A program made the position numbers and the translations under genes. 64,000 bases of DNA, taken from NCBI RefSeq assembly GCF_036365525.1, contig NC_090395.1:65621326-65685325 (forward strand), written 5' to 3'. Positions 11,770 through 23,334 of this stretch are shown here, piece by piece; the first letter of the stretch is position 1; the number at the start of each line of letters is the position of its first letter. The stretch is from Heterodontus francisci (Eukaryota). The notes beneath the pieces were generated by a model. That model did not search any database. It had not been told where the DNA came from and was given only the letters and a program-made list of their open reading frames with translations.

Positions 11770-12664
11770 AAGCTTCTACTGCTGTACTGCTGCTGTGAGG
11801 CCGAAGCAGACCTGTTGCTACACCCCTGCTGAAAGACCTATGTGAGGCCTGCTGTAGGCGAATTGCCTTGAACACCACCCATCCGGCATCTAGGGTGGTG
11901 GCGGGGTGACCTGGAAAATTCGTCCGGGAGTGACCCGCCACGACCTCCAACACCAAGAAGGCCCCGTCGCATTTTACCAGCAGCAACAAGGTCTTGGTAC
12001 AGCCCACCCCGCCCTCCCCCCTCACCGTTGCTCGGTGGCAGGGCCTTGATTTAATATTAAAATCAATGAAAAAACACGCACATCAATTTACCTTGACCCG
12101 GCTGCCATCCCACGCCAATATTACAGCCGCTGGCCGCAACTCGCACACCTTCGGAACTCCGATCAGAGTTCCGAAGCATGAGACTGTTGGGGACGGGGGA
12201 GGCATGAAAATTTCAGGGTGGGAGGTGGGGGGAGCGGGGAAAACCGCTCCGATTGGTTGCAGGGATGGTGGGAAGGGGTTTTGGGTCAAAGGAAATAAAG
12301 TTTGGGGGGGAAAGGTCGTGAGTGAAGACTCACTTTTTTAGGGGGATAGGACAAAAAAATCAACGGATTATTCATTGGGGGTGTGGGAAAGGGAATTGAA
12401 AATTTGAATAAATGTATGTCTGCATTTTTAAGCATTCTGTCACTTTAAAACTTATAATGAGACCAATGGGCCTGTAGCCCTTTAAAAATGGCGGTGGACG
12501 CTGTGCCGTGGTGCCAGACGCTGTTGCTGAGGCTGGAACGGCTGCCCCCTCTACATCATCAGGGGCAAAATATCACAGGGGCTCAGCGACAGCGCATCTG
12601 CATCTGAAGGCCACCGACTTCAAAGTTCACCGTTGCGATGTGCGGCGCTAATCAAATTCAGCCC
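11770..12664. mobile_element. GC-rich non-autonomous DNA element (Harbinger-like end)
   Basis: Ends AAATTCAGCCC like the other Harbinger-type TIRs here; left end unclear. Confidence 0.4.
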
Positions 12665-13599
12665 TTTGAGTGGCATCCAACTATTCGACTCTGGGACACC
12701 TCACCCAACTGAAAAGTTTCCTACCAGAATGTGCCAAACTGATTTATTTTATTATTCTTTCTATTCATAAGAAACAGCTGTAAGCCAAAGCCCTTATATC
12801 CCCGGCTAACTATTTAATTTTTTAATGCATGTGTGTGTGCATGAGGACTAGGGAAATAAGTAGCTTTCATATATATAGATTTATCTCATTTGTGACTAAG
12901 ACTTATTTTTTTCTACTAACTAGTTGTTGTTGTTGTTTATAGAAACCTGATTGGTATGCTTTATTCTGAGGGAGAAATAGAATCTAATTGGCTATTCTTC
13001 AGTAAGTGGGTAAAATCTATTGATATGCTGTGACCTGTGGAGAAGTGGGACTGAATTAACAGTGCATTTCTCCTGCCATGGTTGTAACAACTGCACAACC
13101 AGTCACTACAGAGTGGGGCGATGTTGTACAATAAGGATAGCAAGGAGCATGCTGCCTCCTCGGACGGTGAGGATGTGGAGTGGGAAGCTGGTCAAGCATT
13201 GCCAGATGAAGGACCCCAGTGGTAAGAGGAGAGATGCATAAGATATATGCAAGGGAGGCTCGCGATGCCCTTATACATTCTCCTTTCCTTTGATCTTTAC
13301 TACCAGCTCTGTTGTTGCCTTCCTTCCTTTAGGAAGCATTCACTCAGTGCCCAGGTGTGCACCGCTCAGCATGCAAGCCTCCAGACTTGACCACTCAAAG
13401 CATTATTCCTCACCTCAAGCCCCTTGACTGAGGTAGGGTTGATATGTAACCGCAAAGGCCATAAATGAGAGCAAGGAGATCTTGTACGATGGAAAATAAC
13501 CTTTATTATCCCCGATAACCAATGCTACCCTTTCTATTTACTCATTCGCCCATGAAATTCCTATACTTCTAGGTGCTCTTCTTTATTCTGTTGTGAACA

Positions 13600-15290
13600 C
13601 TCCTACGCAGTGCTCCCCCTGCGCTGTCAGCTGAATTAGAGGCAGGCTATTGACCTTGCTGCCCTTTGGCTAGGGGTGACTTTGTCACTCATCCTGGAGG
13701 GCCCCAGCATGTTGAGGGCCTCTTGCATAGAAACCGTACCACCCTCTGTCGTCAGGGATGAAGGAGGATCTGGTGTCACTGGCAGAGGGGAATAGAAACT
13801 TCTGCCTGTACAAGAAACACCCTGAGAGAAGCCCCAGCTGCAGGAGGCAGCCACTCCTCCCCCCTTGCATGGCACTTGTGCCTCCCTGCTAACCTGAGAT
13901 GTAAGAGGACCTGGTGGTGGCTCCAGGTTCCCTTATCCCCTCTTGCCTTGTCATTGCTGCCTTCAGTTCTTGGTCAAATCGAAGCTATGCAGGTCTGCAC
14001 GAATGTCCTGCAGACAGTGAGTGCTCTGCTGGAGCTCCAGGAGAGCTGCCAATCTGTCAATGGAGGATGCCAGTTTTGCACCAATCAGTGAGAATGCAGC
14101 AGTCAAGGCCTGGATGGGCCACTGCATCATCTGCACTTGAGTACACATTGCCTCTGGCATCTCTGCCAGATGTTGCCTGAACTCTTGCTGCAGCTGCAGC
14201 ATTTCCCGTGATGCTGCCGACACCAGAGTCACGTGATGAGCCTGGGGCGAGTGCATATCCATGGACATGAGGGTATCTGTCCCGATGGAGGGTGTGGGAG
14301 TATGAGGTGACGATTCAACTTTCGATGCTCCGTTTTCCCCCTCAGAGGTGGCAGCTTCACCCACAATTGCGGAGGCTCTTTGTAGATGCTCTGCATGACC
14401 TGCATGAAGAGAACAGAGAAATTGAAGGGTCAAGGGCCTCGCCTTCCGACATGGAAAACACCCCTACATTGGAGACCCTTATAGGCACCAGATGCCTTAT
14501 GAACAGCATGGTTCCATCGCCGATAAGGCACCCTTGTGCTCCATGGTGACCTTACTCACTGTCTTGTGAGGGTGCCCCTATTTCTACATCACAACGCTCC
14601 ATCCATCCCGAGGCCATGTCAGCTCCGTGGCCTCTTCCTCCATCGGGTTCAGAACATGCCACCGGTCTTGGAGCACTCTCTGTGATTTTGTGCTCTCCTG
14701 CAGAGACAAAGATGAATGATGTTGGTCTCCCAGCCAAGACAAGCCCAAGACATATGCTGGTGGTAGTCCAACAGGTAATGATGGGGGCACACAGATCTGT
14801 CCTGCATGTGGCCCCTTTTCAGCAGCTTTGTGAGGGTCTCCAGTGACAAAAAGCTGCCTTTCAGCCCCATTTCGCCATGCCTCAAGCAGCTTGTCTGTAA
14901 GTCCTGGCCCTTTGCCCATATCTGGGTGGGCATGGCTGCTGCACCCATCACACTCTCCTCCTCTGAAAAATACAAGGCCCGAGAGCTGAAGGCGTTAAGA
15001 AGTGCTCACTTTCTCTGCTCAGATGACGTCATTGAGCCGCTTGTGGCACTGAGCCCATGTCCTTGGTGTGACCCCACAGCTGCTGACTTCCTCTGCTATT
15101 GGTAGCCAGTCTTGCTTGGTCAGGTGTCCAGCTCTCCTCCTCCAGTCCCCAAGGAAGTGCATCTCCTCACTGTCGGCCTGTAAGAGAATTTGGAAGGAGG
15201 TATCACTAAAGCGTGGGTCCACCCGGGGTTTTCCTTCTGCCCTTGTTCTGCTGCCTTTCTCCCCTGAAGAAATTCTTAAACTTGACAATG
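13600..15290 (-). pseudogene. Harbinger Myb/SANT DNA-binding gene relic (about 3 exons)
   Basis: PRFSDTSFQILL..TKQDWLPIAEEVSSCGVTPRTWAQCHKRLNDV; second exon ~14556-14699 (RAQNHRECSKTGG..PMEEEA); coiled-coil-like third exon (ORF 13963-14433). Confidence 0.75.
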
Positions 15291-15564
15291 AAACATCACA
15301 TGCAGGGCTGGCAGCCCTTTAAATATGGCGCCACCACCTGCCATGGCATCAGTTGATGCTGGCATCTCCGTCTCCACCTTGCCACCGTCCACTGCATTGG
15401 ATGGCCCCTGTGCCTCATTCCTGTTAATTTGCCGGCCATCGTTCTATTGTGTGCAGCCAGCCGCTCATGACCCTGAAAGAAGCCACACCTGCTTCCGTTA
15501 TCATTGTCGGGACTTGCGGCTTTAACGTAAAATCTGGCCCATAGTCTCTATTGCGATTGTTCTC

Positions 15565-16285
15565 ACTGTAGCTCAGTGTTAGCACTCTCACCTCTGAGTC
15601 AGAAAGCTTCCCCACATCACATACAATCTATGCTGACATTCCAGTGCAGTATTAAGGGAAAGCTGCATTGTTCAAGGTGCCGTTTTTCAGATGAGATGTT
15701 AAGCTGTGGCCCTGTCTGCCCTCTGAGGTGGATATAAAGGTTACCATGGCTCTATTTCGAAGAAGAGAAGAGGAATTCTCTGCAGTAACTAAGCCAACAC
15801 TTAGCCTCCTTCATGGCCTCTGTGGCACATGAAGGGTTCTTCCAGCAGCAATGGCTGCCCCCGTGGCTACGTTGGCACCAATGGAGGGTGGAAACCGCCG
15901 ATTCCCAGGGTCTGCCTTCCTGGCCCCAGCACCGTACATAAACAAACTTACCTTGTCTTCGAGCATGGTTCAGCATAGAGGCACCGTCTCCTTCTTCCTG
16001 CAGCTTCAGAAACCTCCGGCTGGTGCTGCTGAGCTGCCGGCCATCTGATTGGGCTAGCAATTTTGGGAGGTGACTGATGTCCTCAAATGAACCACGTGGG
16101 GTCGGGTGACAATTTTGTCCTGGCGAAGAGATTTCTTAGCTCTTGAAAAAATCCAGCCCCCCCAAAAAATTATCTGGCCATTGACATATTTTGTTTATGG
16201 GACTCTGATGTGTGAAAATTGGCTGCTGCGTTTTCTACATAACAACAATGTCAACAAATCAAATAAGTAATTGGGGTGAAAGACT
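15565..16285 (+). mobile_element. Deu-domain SINE (SacSINE1/AmnSINE-like), interrupted
   Basis: tRNA-like head AGCTCAGTG..AGCACTCTCACCTCTGAGTCAGAA, core GGTGCCG..CAGATGAGATGTTAA, and AAATTGGCTGCTGCG; interrupted at ~15800-16160. Confidence 0.7.
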
Positions 16286-16323
16286 GTAGTGTCTGGTATT
16301 AAACTGGCTGAGTGTATTGTGAT

Positions 16324-17132
16324 AGGCTGCGTTTGCTGACAATGCTACCACTAGGTGGCACTGCAGTGGTACATGCGCAAGTGCAGCCTCTGCCACTAAA
16401 ACGTCACAGTCTGCGATGTCAGACAGCTGCCAGGACTAAAAATGGCGCTGCTCAAATAATCACACAAAGGCAACCTGAACACATGGCAGCACACAATGGC
16501 CGGAGGGAGATAGCGAGCAGGCCAGGGTGGATGGGGAGGGTGGGAGATAGCGAACGGGCCGAGGGGGGTTGGGAGGGAGATAGCGAGAGTGCCAGGGGGA
16601 TGGAGGGAGATGGCAAGTGGGCCGGGGTGGAAACGAGCGTGCTGAGGGGCGGGGGTATCGAACGGGCCGCGGAGGAAGAGAGCGCACCCATCACCACAAA
16701 GGTCTTGATCGAAGAGATTATTGACAATGCAGCCAACAGCTGACGTCATCAGAATGCACTAACTGCGCACATGCGCAGATTGGATCTTACTCTCTGATGA
16801 CGGATGCGCTCTCCTCTTCCCCGGCCCGCTCGCTATCTCCCCCCTCCCACACCCCCCCCCCCCACACACTCGCAATCTCCCTCCTCCCCCCCCCACTCGC
16901 ACTCGCTATCTCCCTCCTCCCCACCCCACCCACCCCCACTCGCTATCTCCCTCCGGCCATTGTGCGCTGCCATGTGTTCAGGTTGCCTTTGTGTGATTAT
17001 TTGAGCAGCGCCATTTTTAGTCCTGGCAGCTGTCTGACATCGCAGACTGTGACGTTTTAGTGGCAGAGGCTGCACTTGCGCATGTACTACTGCAGTGTCA
17101 TCTAATGGTAGTGTTGTCAGCAAATGCAGCCT
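16324..17132. mobile_element. Foldback MITE with long TIRs
   Basis: 16324-16517 is a near-perfect inverted repeat of 16938-17132 (AGGCTGCGTTTGCTGACAATGCTACC...); internal GGGAGATAGCGAG repeats. Confidence 0.85.
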
Positions 17133-18098
17133 TTCTCGATAGTTGGTTTATCCACAGAATGCAGCATTATATATTTCTGCCTCCTGCCTTCCTTCCCATG
17201 TCCCAGCAGGCTCACTTTATATTTGCTCCAAGTCTTTAATTAAAAAATATCCCTCATCTGTCCATTAGCAACATAATTAACCTACTATTAACAATGAGGA
17301 GAGAAACATCCGAATAGAACTTCCTGTTTCCTGGCTCTGGCACACAGTGAGCCTTTAAAGTACTTCTTTATTAAACCAACAGCCTGTTGATATTTATGCA
17401 GCCATTTGTATAAAGGAATTTGCCAGTGAAGCACTTTTACCTCATTGTTTCTCCCTTTAATCTATCCTATATAATTTCCCCTTTCTGTTCTTCTCTCTGC
17501 CTCTTCACCTTTTTTTAAAACTCCTGCAGTTTTAGTGTAAACTTTTCCACAGTACGAGTTCTTCACCCAGCAAGGCCATTGGTTTAATAAGTGTTCAGAT
17601 AAAGTCCTCCCATACTCTACAGGCTGCTCCTCTTTCAGAACTGGTCCCAATGGGCCAGAGATCTGAACCCTTTCCTACTGAGTCATCTCTCTAGTCAGAG
17701 AATTGCATCCCTTATCTTACTATTCTTATACTGACTCCCATGTCACACTGGGAATAATCCTGTGTGTTCGAGGTCCTGCTCATTGAGCTATCTCCAAGTT
17801 CCTGAATCTTCCCTTGCTGAACCTCTTTCCTCTTCCTTTCTCTGCTCTTGGCTGCATGAATCACGTTCACCTTCACTCTCCAAATCCTGCTGCAGTAGAT
17901 GTTGCAGCCAATAAAGTTGAGAGGACGGACATTGATTTAGCTGTTACCATGGTGCTGTATGAATTAGAGAAAAATATCAAATTCAAGTTGTTATTGCCGT
18001 TAGAAAGAAATACTTGCATTTATATAGCACCTTTCACAATCTCAAAATGTCACAATGCTTTTTACCCCCAATTGTTTGAATTGTTGGCATTGTTGTAA
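17133..18098 (-). other. Locally inverted ~1-kb segment (LTR remnant + CR1 ORF1 + SINE tail)
   Basis: Reverse complement of 4540-5118 and of 25020-25650, whereas the surrounding paralogous blocks are in direct orientation. Confidence 0.85.
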
Positions 18099-18204
18099 AC
18101 CATGAGGTCGTAACTGGGAGCAGCCATGTTGCAACTTTTTATTTACACCTCCCAACAGAGAGGCAATATAGCAGTGCACAATGTTTAACTGTTACATATA
18201 TCAC

Positions 18205-18605
18205 AATCAAAGTGATTATTGACAACGCAGCCGGCAGCTAATGTCATCAGACTGCACCAATCTGCGCACATACGCAGATTGGATCCTACTCTCTGCGCAT
18301 GCGCTGCGTTCCACAGTGCCAGGACTGGTTTGCGCATACGCAGATAATGCGGGGACAGCATGGGGAGTTCGCAGCCGAAGACCTTGGTGGTGACGGGTGC
18401 ACTGTCCTCCTCCCGCGCCCGCTCGCTACTCTCCCCCGGCCCGCTCGTTCCCCCCACCCCCCGGCCTGCTCGCTATCTCCCTCCACCCCCCCCCCCCCCA
18501 GGCGCGCTTGCTATCTCCCTCCCTCCTCCACACCCCAGCCCGCTCGCATTTGCACATGTGCCACTGCAGTGCCACCTACTGGTAGCATTGTCAGCAAACG
18601 CAGCC
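18205..18605. mobile_element. Right half of a second copy of the foldback MITE family
   Basis: 18210-18295 matches 16715-16795 directly; ends GGTAGCATTGTCAGCAAACGCAGCC (TIR). Confidence 0.8.
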
Positions 18606-19315
18606 ATCAAGAGAAGGATCTGTGTCTAGCTTTATTCTTCACCATTTGGCTTGGATCCATGTAACACTCAGAGCTAAAAGTTCTCATCTCAGGTGTCATT
18701 TCAGTTCAGTTCTACAACACTCAATCCTGACATCCACCCTAAACTAGGCCACAATTCCTTTGGTCACAGACCTGAAACGTTAACTCTGTTTCTCTCCCCC
18801 CAGACCCACGAAGTATTTCCAGCACTTTCCATTTTTACTTCCCTTCAGAACAGCACTGTGGGTGTACCTACACCCCAAGTATTGCAGCGGCTCAAGAAGG
18901 CAGCTCACCACCACCTTCTCAAGGGCAATTAGGGATGAGCAATAAATGCTGGCCTAGCCAGTGACACCCACATCGCATGAACAAATAAAAAAAAGACAGT
19001 CGGATGTTGCATTTCACAATTCCATCTGCTGAAAATAGGCATTTTGGTTTATGAAGAAGCAGTCAATCAAATTCAATTTTAATTTCTTGGGAATACTGGA
19101 GTTTATGCAATGTTTACACGTGTTTTGGGGATATTTTATGATCCCATCCATTTTGCATGAAAAATGCAAACCAATGGCCTTGTTCATAACTGTTGAGTGA
19201 ATTTGGCCAGTTGCAGTTTCTCAGAGTGACTGAAACAACTTAACCAGTGATCGGTTTGGATAGACATTAATTAAAAAATTCAGTTACCATAGCGTTTGTT
19301 TAAAGTATCACTTAC

Positions 19316-19639
19316 CAATGCTGCTGATTTGTGTCACATAACTGCAGTTCTTTCCTGATCTGTTGGAGACTGACACGTGAACCATTTCACTGGATTTTTT
19401 CCCCTGATTATCTGAGGCTGTGCAGTAATATTGATGATGTTGCTGTTTGAAGGATTGACAATGTAGATCCAGTTTATTGGTGTCAGAGATCTTTAAATCT
19501 TCAGACGGGGTCTTTTCATACCATGTGTACTGAATGGGGAGGGATCCCTGGACAGACTCACAGGAGATGGACACTGAGCCCCCAAAACGGGAGACATATG
19601 GTGGTGATAAAAATCTAAGTACAGGAACAGACATAAATT
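19316..19639 (-). CDS. Ig C2-type (FcR-like) exon, cassette A
   Basis: cag|AA TTT ATG...ATT G|gtaagt; 324 nt, phase 1-1, open; the C-W-C Ig motif is intact. Confidence 0.9.
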
Positions 19640-19729
19640 CTGTGGAAAAGAAACAAACATTTGGATACTGACTGAACATCTAAAAATCAAATACTGTCTC
19701 ATCAAGAGAAAATCAAGAAGTAGAATGAG

Positions 19730-22350
19730 TTTGAGTCAAGTTAGGAAACAGCAAGGGACAGAAAACATTGGTGTGAGAGGTTTATAGCACCTAATAGTAG
19801 TTGTAGTGTAGGGCAGAATATAAATCAAGAAATTAGAGGTACAATTAATAAGGGTATTACAGTAATCATGGAGGATTTTAATCTTTACACAGACTGGGCA
19901 AACCAAATTTGCAGTAATAGTGTGGAAGACAAGTTCATGGAATGTATACAAGATAATTATCTAGATCAGTATGTTGAGAACCAACTAAGGAACAGGCTTT
20001 TTTCAATTTAGTGTTCTGAAATGAGGAAGGGTTCATTAATAATATTGCACTAAAGAGACCTCTAGGGAAGAGTGACCATAATATGGTAGAATTTATATTG
20101 AGCTTGAAAGTGATTTTGTTAAGTTTGAAACTAGGGTCTTAAATCTTTACAAAGCAAGCTACATAGGTATATGGAGGAAGTTGGCTAAGGTGGATTGGGA
20201 ACTGCATTAAATGATATGATGGTAGACAAGCAAATTTAAGGAGTTAATACATAATACATAATACATTATTTGCAACAAGTATGCATTCCTTTAAGGCACA
20301 AAGCCCCCACAGAAAATGTGGTCCAACCATGGCCAACAAGAGGAGCTAAAGATAATATTAGATCAAAGGTAGAAGCTTTAAATGTTGCCAAAAGTGTAGC
20401 AAGCCTGAGGATTGGAAGGATTATAGAAGTCAACAAAGGAGGACCAAGAAATTGATCAGGAAAAAGAAAAGAGAATATGAGAGTAGACTAGCAAGAGACA
20501 TGAAAACAGATTGTAAACATTTCTATAGGTCTATAAATTAGGAAAGATTAGAGTTAAGGACAGGTGATATTTCAATGAGGAAAAAGGAAAGGGCAGAGAC
20601 ATTACTTCATGGTCGAAGACACAAAGAAAATTATGGATATAATGGGGAACCAAGGGTCTGGTGAGAACGAGGAGTGTAAAGTATAAGTAAAAATTAATAC
20701 TGATTAAATTAATGGGACTTAGTGGCAACAAATCCCTGATAACCTACATTCTTGGGTTTGAAAAGAGGTAGCAACATCTACTAGATACATTGGTTTTGAT
20801 CTTCCTGAATTCCTTAGATTCGGGAAGATTTCGTAAGGATTGGAAGGTAGCAATCATAACCCCGGTTTTTAAGAAAGGTGGAAGAGAGAAAAAGGGGAAC
20901 TATAGGCATGTCAGCCTAGCATCAGTAGTGGCAAAATGCTAGAATCTATTATTAGGGATGTAGTAACAGGGCAGTTAGAAAATCAAAATATGATTAAGCA
21001 GATTCAACATGGATAAAGGAAAGAAGATGCAATTAGTAGGATGGATAAGAGGGAACCGGTGGGTGGAGTGTATTTGGATTTTTGAAAAAGCATTCAATAA
21101 GGTGCCACACAAAATTAGGACTCATGAAATTGGGACAATATATTTGCATGGATTGGGGATAGGTTAATGGATAGAGAACAGAGTAGAAATAAACAGGACA
21201 TTTTTAGGTTGGCAGGCTATAATCATTGGGATAACGGAAGGATCAGGACTTGGACCTCAGCTATTTAAAATCTATGTTAATGACTTAGATCAGGGGACTG
21301 AGTGTCATTTATTCATGTTTGCTGACGATACAAAGTTAGGTGGAAAAGTAAGCAGCGAGGAGGACGTCAAGAGGCTGCAGATGGATATAGATAGGTTGGG
21401 TGAGTAAGCAAGAACATGGCAGGTGGAATACAATGTGGTGAAGTGTGAAGTTATCCACTCTGATAGGTAAATAGAAAAGCAGAATATTTTTTGAATGGTG
21501 AGAGACTAGGAAATGTTTACATTCAGAGGGACCTGGGCGTCCTTGTACATGAATCACAGATAATTAACATGCAGGTATAGCAAGCAATTAGGAAGGCAAA
21601 TGGTATGTTAGCTTTTGTTACCAATGGATTGGCATATGAGTAAAGAAGTCTTGAACAATGATACTGGACACTGGCGAGGCCACACCTCGAGTACTGTATG
21701 CAGCTTTGGTCTCTTTACCTAGGGAAGGATATACTTGCCTCAAAGGGAGTGCAGGGAAGTTTCACTAGACTGGTTCTTAGGATGAGGGATTTGTTTTATG
21801 AGGACAGATCAAGTAGACTAGGCCTATATTCCCTAGAGTTTAGAAGAATGAGAGATGATCTAATTGAAACATATAAAATTCTTAAGGGGCTTGACAGGGT
21901 AGATGCTCCAATTTGTTTTCCCCTGACTGGGGAAGCTAGAACACAGGATCACAGTCTCAGAATAAGATATCAGTCATTTAGGGCTGAGATGATGAAACAT
22001 TTCTTCTTTCAATGGATTGCGAAACTTTAGATAAAAGCAAAATACTGCAGATGCTGGAAATCTGATATAGAAACAGAAAGTGCAGGGAATACTCAGCAGT
22101 TGTGGCTGCATCTGTGGAGAGAGAAACAGAGTTAACGCTTCGGGCGCAGATGTGAAACTTTGGAATTCTGTATCCCAGAGAGCTGTGGATGCTCATGTAT
22201 TAAGTATGTTCCAGACAGAAGTCGATAGGTTTTTGGGTATTAAGGGAGTTAAGGGATATAGGAAGGTAGAGTTAAAGTCGATGATAAGCCATGCTCTTGT
22301 TGAATGGCCGAGCAGGCTCAAAGGGCCAAATGCTCCTATTTCTTGGCATC
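19730..22350 (+). mobile_element. Degenerate CR1 LINE in the V-C2 intron of cassette A
   Basis: Paralog of 6200-8830, including a shared short retroelement insertion (22030-22150 = 8541-8655). Confidence 0.85.
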
Positions 22351-22810
22351 TTATGCATCTTGTTGATCATGTGTGTCACCTGTCAGATCAAGGAGCCTAT
22401 GAAACATGTTAAGCTCAGTGGATCGATTCTATTTTTAATATTTTCTAGGAAGTTATACCACTAGTAAACACTTGCTTCTCACATCTTTGGTTGATTCTGG
22501 CTGTTAATTTTAGTGACATTTCATACAGTGCAGAGACAAGAAAATGTGGTAAGAATCTCATGTGATATCTACCACAATACCCTGTAGTTAAAGGAATTGT
22601 TAATCCCATAATAGTTGAAACTCTTGGTCAGAAAGTTGGGCAATTGGGTGTGTGTAACACGAGCCAGATTTCCCGACCTCTGCCCATTACCTGACAGACT
22701 CTGCATTGCTGCGGAGCCTCAGGATATCGGAGCTGTCATGTTTCTCCCAGATAAAACATTGATCAGACATTTCAGTAGAGAGTAATAAAGAAAATCACTG
22801 AAAAATGTAC

Positions 22811-23125
22811 CGTACGATATTTGTAGCTCTACAACAAACAATTAATCGAGGCCAGGATGTTAAATACCACAGCTGTACCGTCCTGCATCTTCTGAGCAAA
22901 GATCCTTCATTGTAACAATAAATATTCTTTGCGTCTTGTTATCTGTGATTGACATTCTTTCACATTGCCAATTTGATTTGACTAAAACTGAACACTCAGG
23001 AGTCCAGCCATGACACCAATATTTCACGAATGACTTGTACTGTTGTGCCTCATAGTGACAATCTATTGTGATCGCTCTTCCCACAATTCCTATTACTTTA
23101 TTTTCTGCCCACAATGCACCCAAAA
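22811..23125 (-). pseudogene. CD300/pIgR-like V exon, cassette A (two in-frame TAA)
   Basis: cag|TT TTG GGT...TAC G|gtacat; 315 nt; VGRAITIDCHY..KYWCHGWTPECSVLV..RMSITDNK..MKDLCSEDAGRYSCGI*HPGLD*LFVVELQISY; stops at 22860-22862 and 22842-22844. Confidence 0.88.
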
Positions 23126-23334
23126 CTGGGGAGACAGAAATTGAACAGGCTGAATACAAACAAATACATTTTGATAACGGTTATCACTGTGCACAGAGGA
23201 ATCTCGCCATGATATCTACTAATACAGGTGAAGTCTTTCTTGTTTACGATGAAAGAAAACATTAATACAGTGTCTTATCACGGTAATGGGTTGTGAAAAG
23301 CACTTCACAGTCAATGACTAAGTTTTGAAGTATA

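Larger units (their letters stand above)
10746..13089 (+). mobile_element. Solo LTR (Gypsy-type) inserted in the Harbinger transposase, itself interrupted
   Basis: TGTTAC...GTAACA termini with 4-bp TSD ACTG; empty site GCACTGCACAAC is visible in the paralog at ~2805. Confidence 0.85.
9835..15540. mobile_element. Near-complete two-gene Harbinger transposon (decayed) with nested insertions
   Basis: TIRs GGCAGAATTTTA/TAAAATCTGGCCC; likely 3-bp TSD ATA (left copy intact at the paralogous site 23332-23334) inside a Deu-SINE; + strand transposase relic converging with a - strand Myb/SANT relic. Confidence 0.8.

Noticed and set aside
16312-17123. Mirror-image ORFs on both strands
   Set aside because: A by-product of the GC-rich palindromic MITE.
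9313-23125. V exons as rearranging Ig/TCR V segments
   Set aside because: They encode the G strand, end in splice donors, show no heptamer/nonamer RSS, and have the KYWC CD300/pIgR signature.
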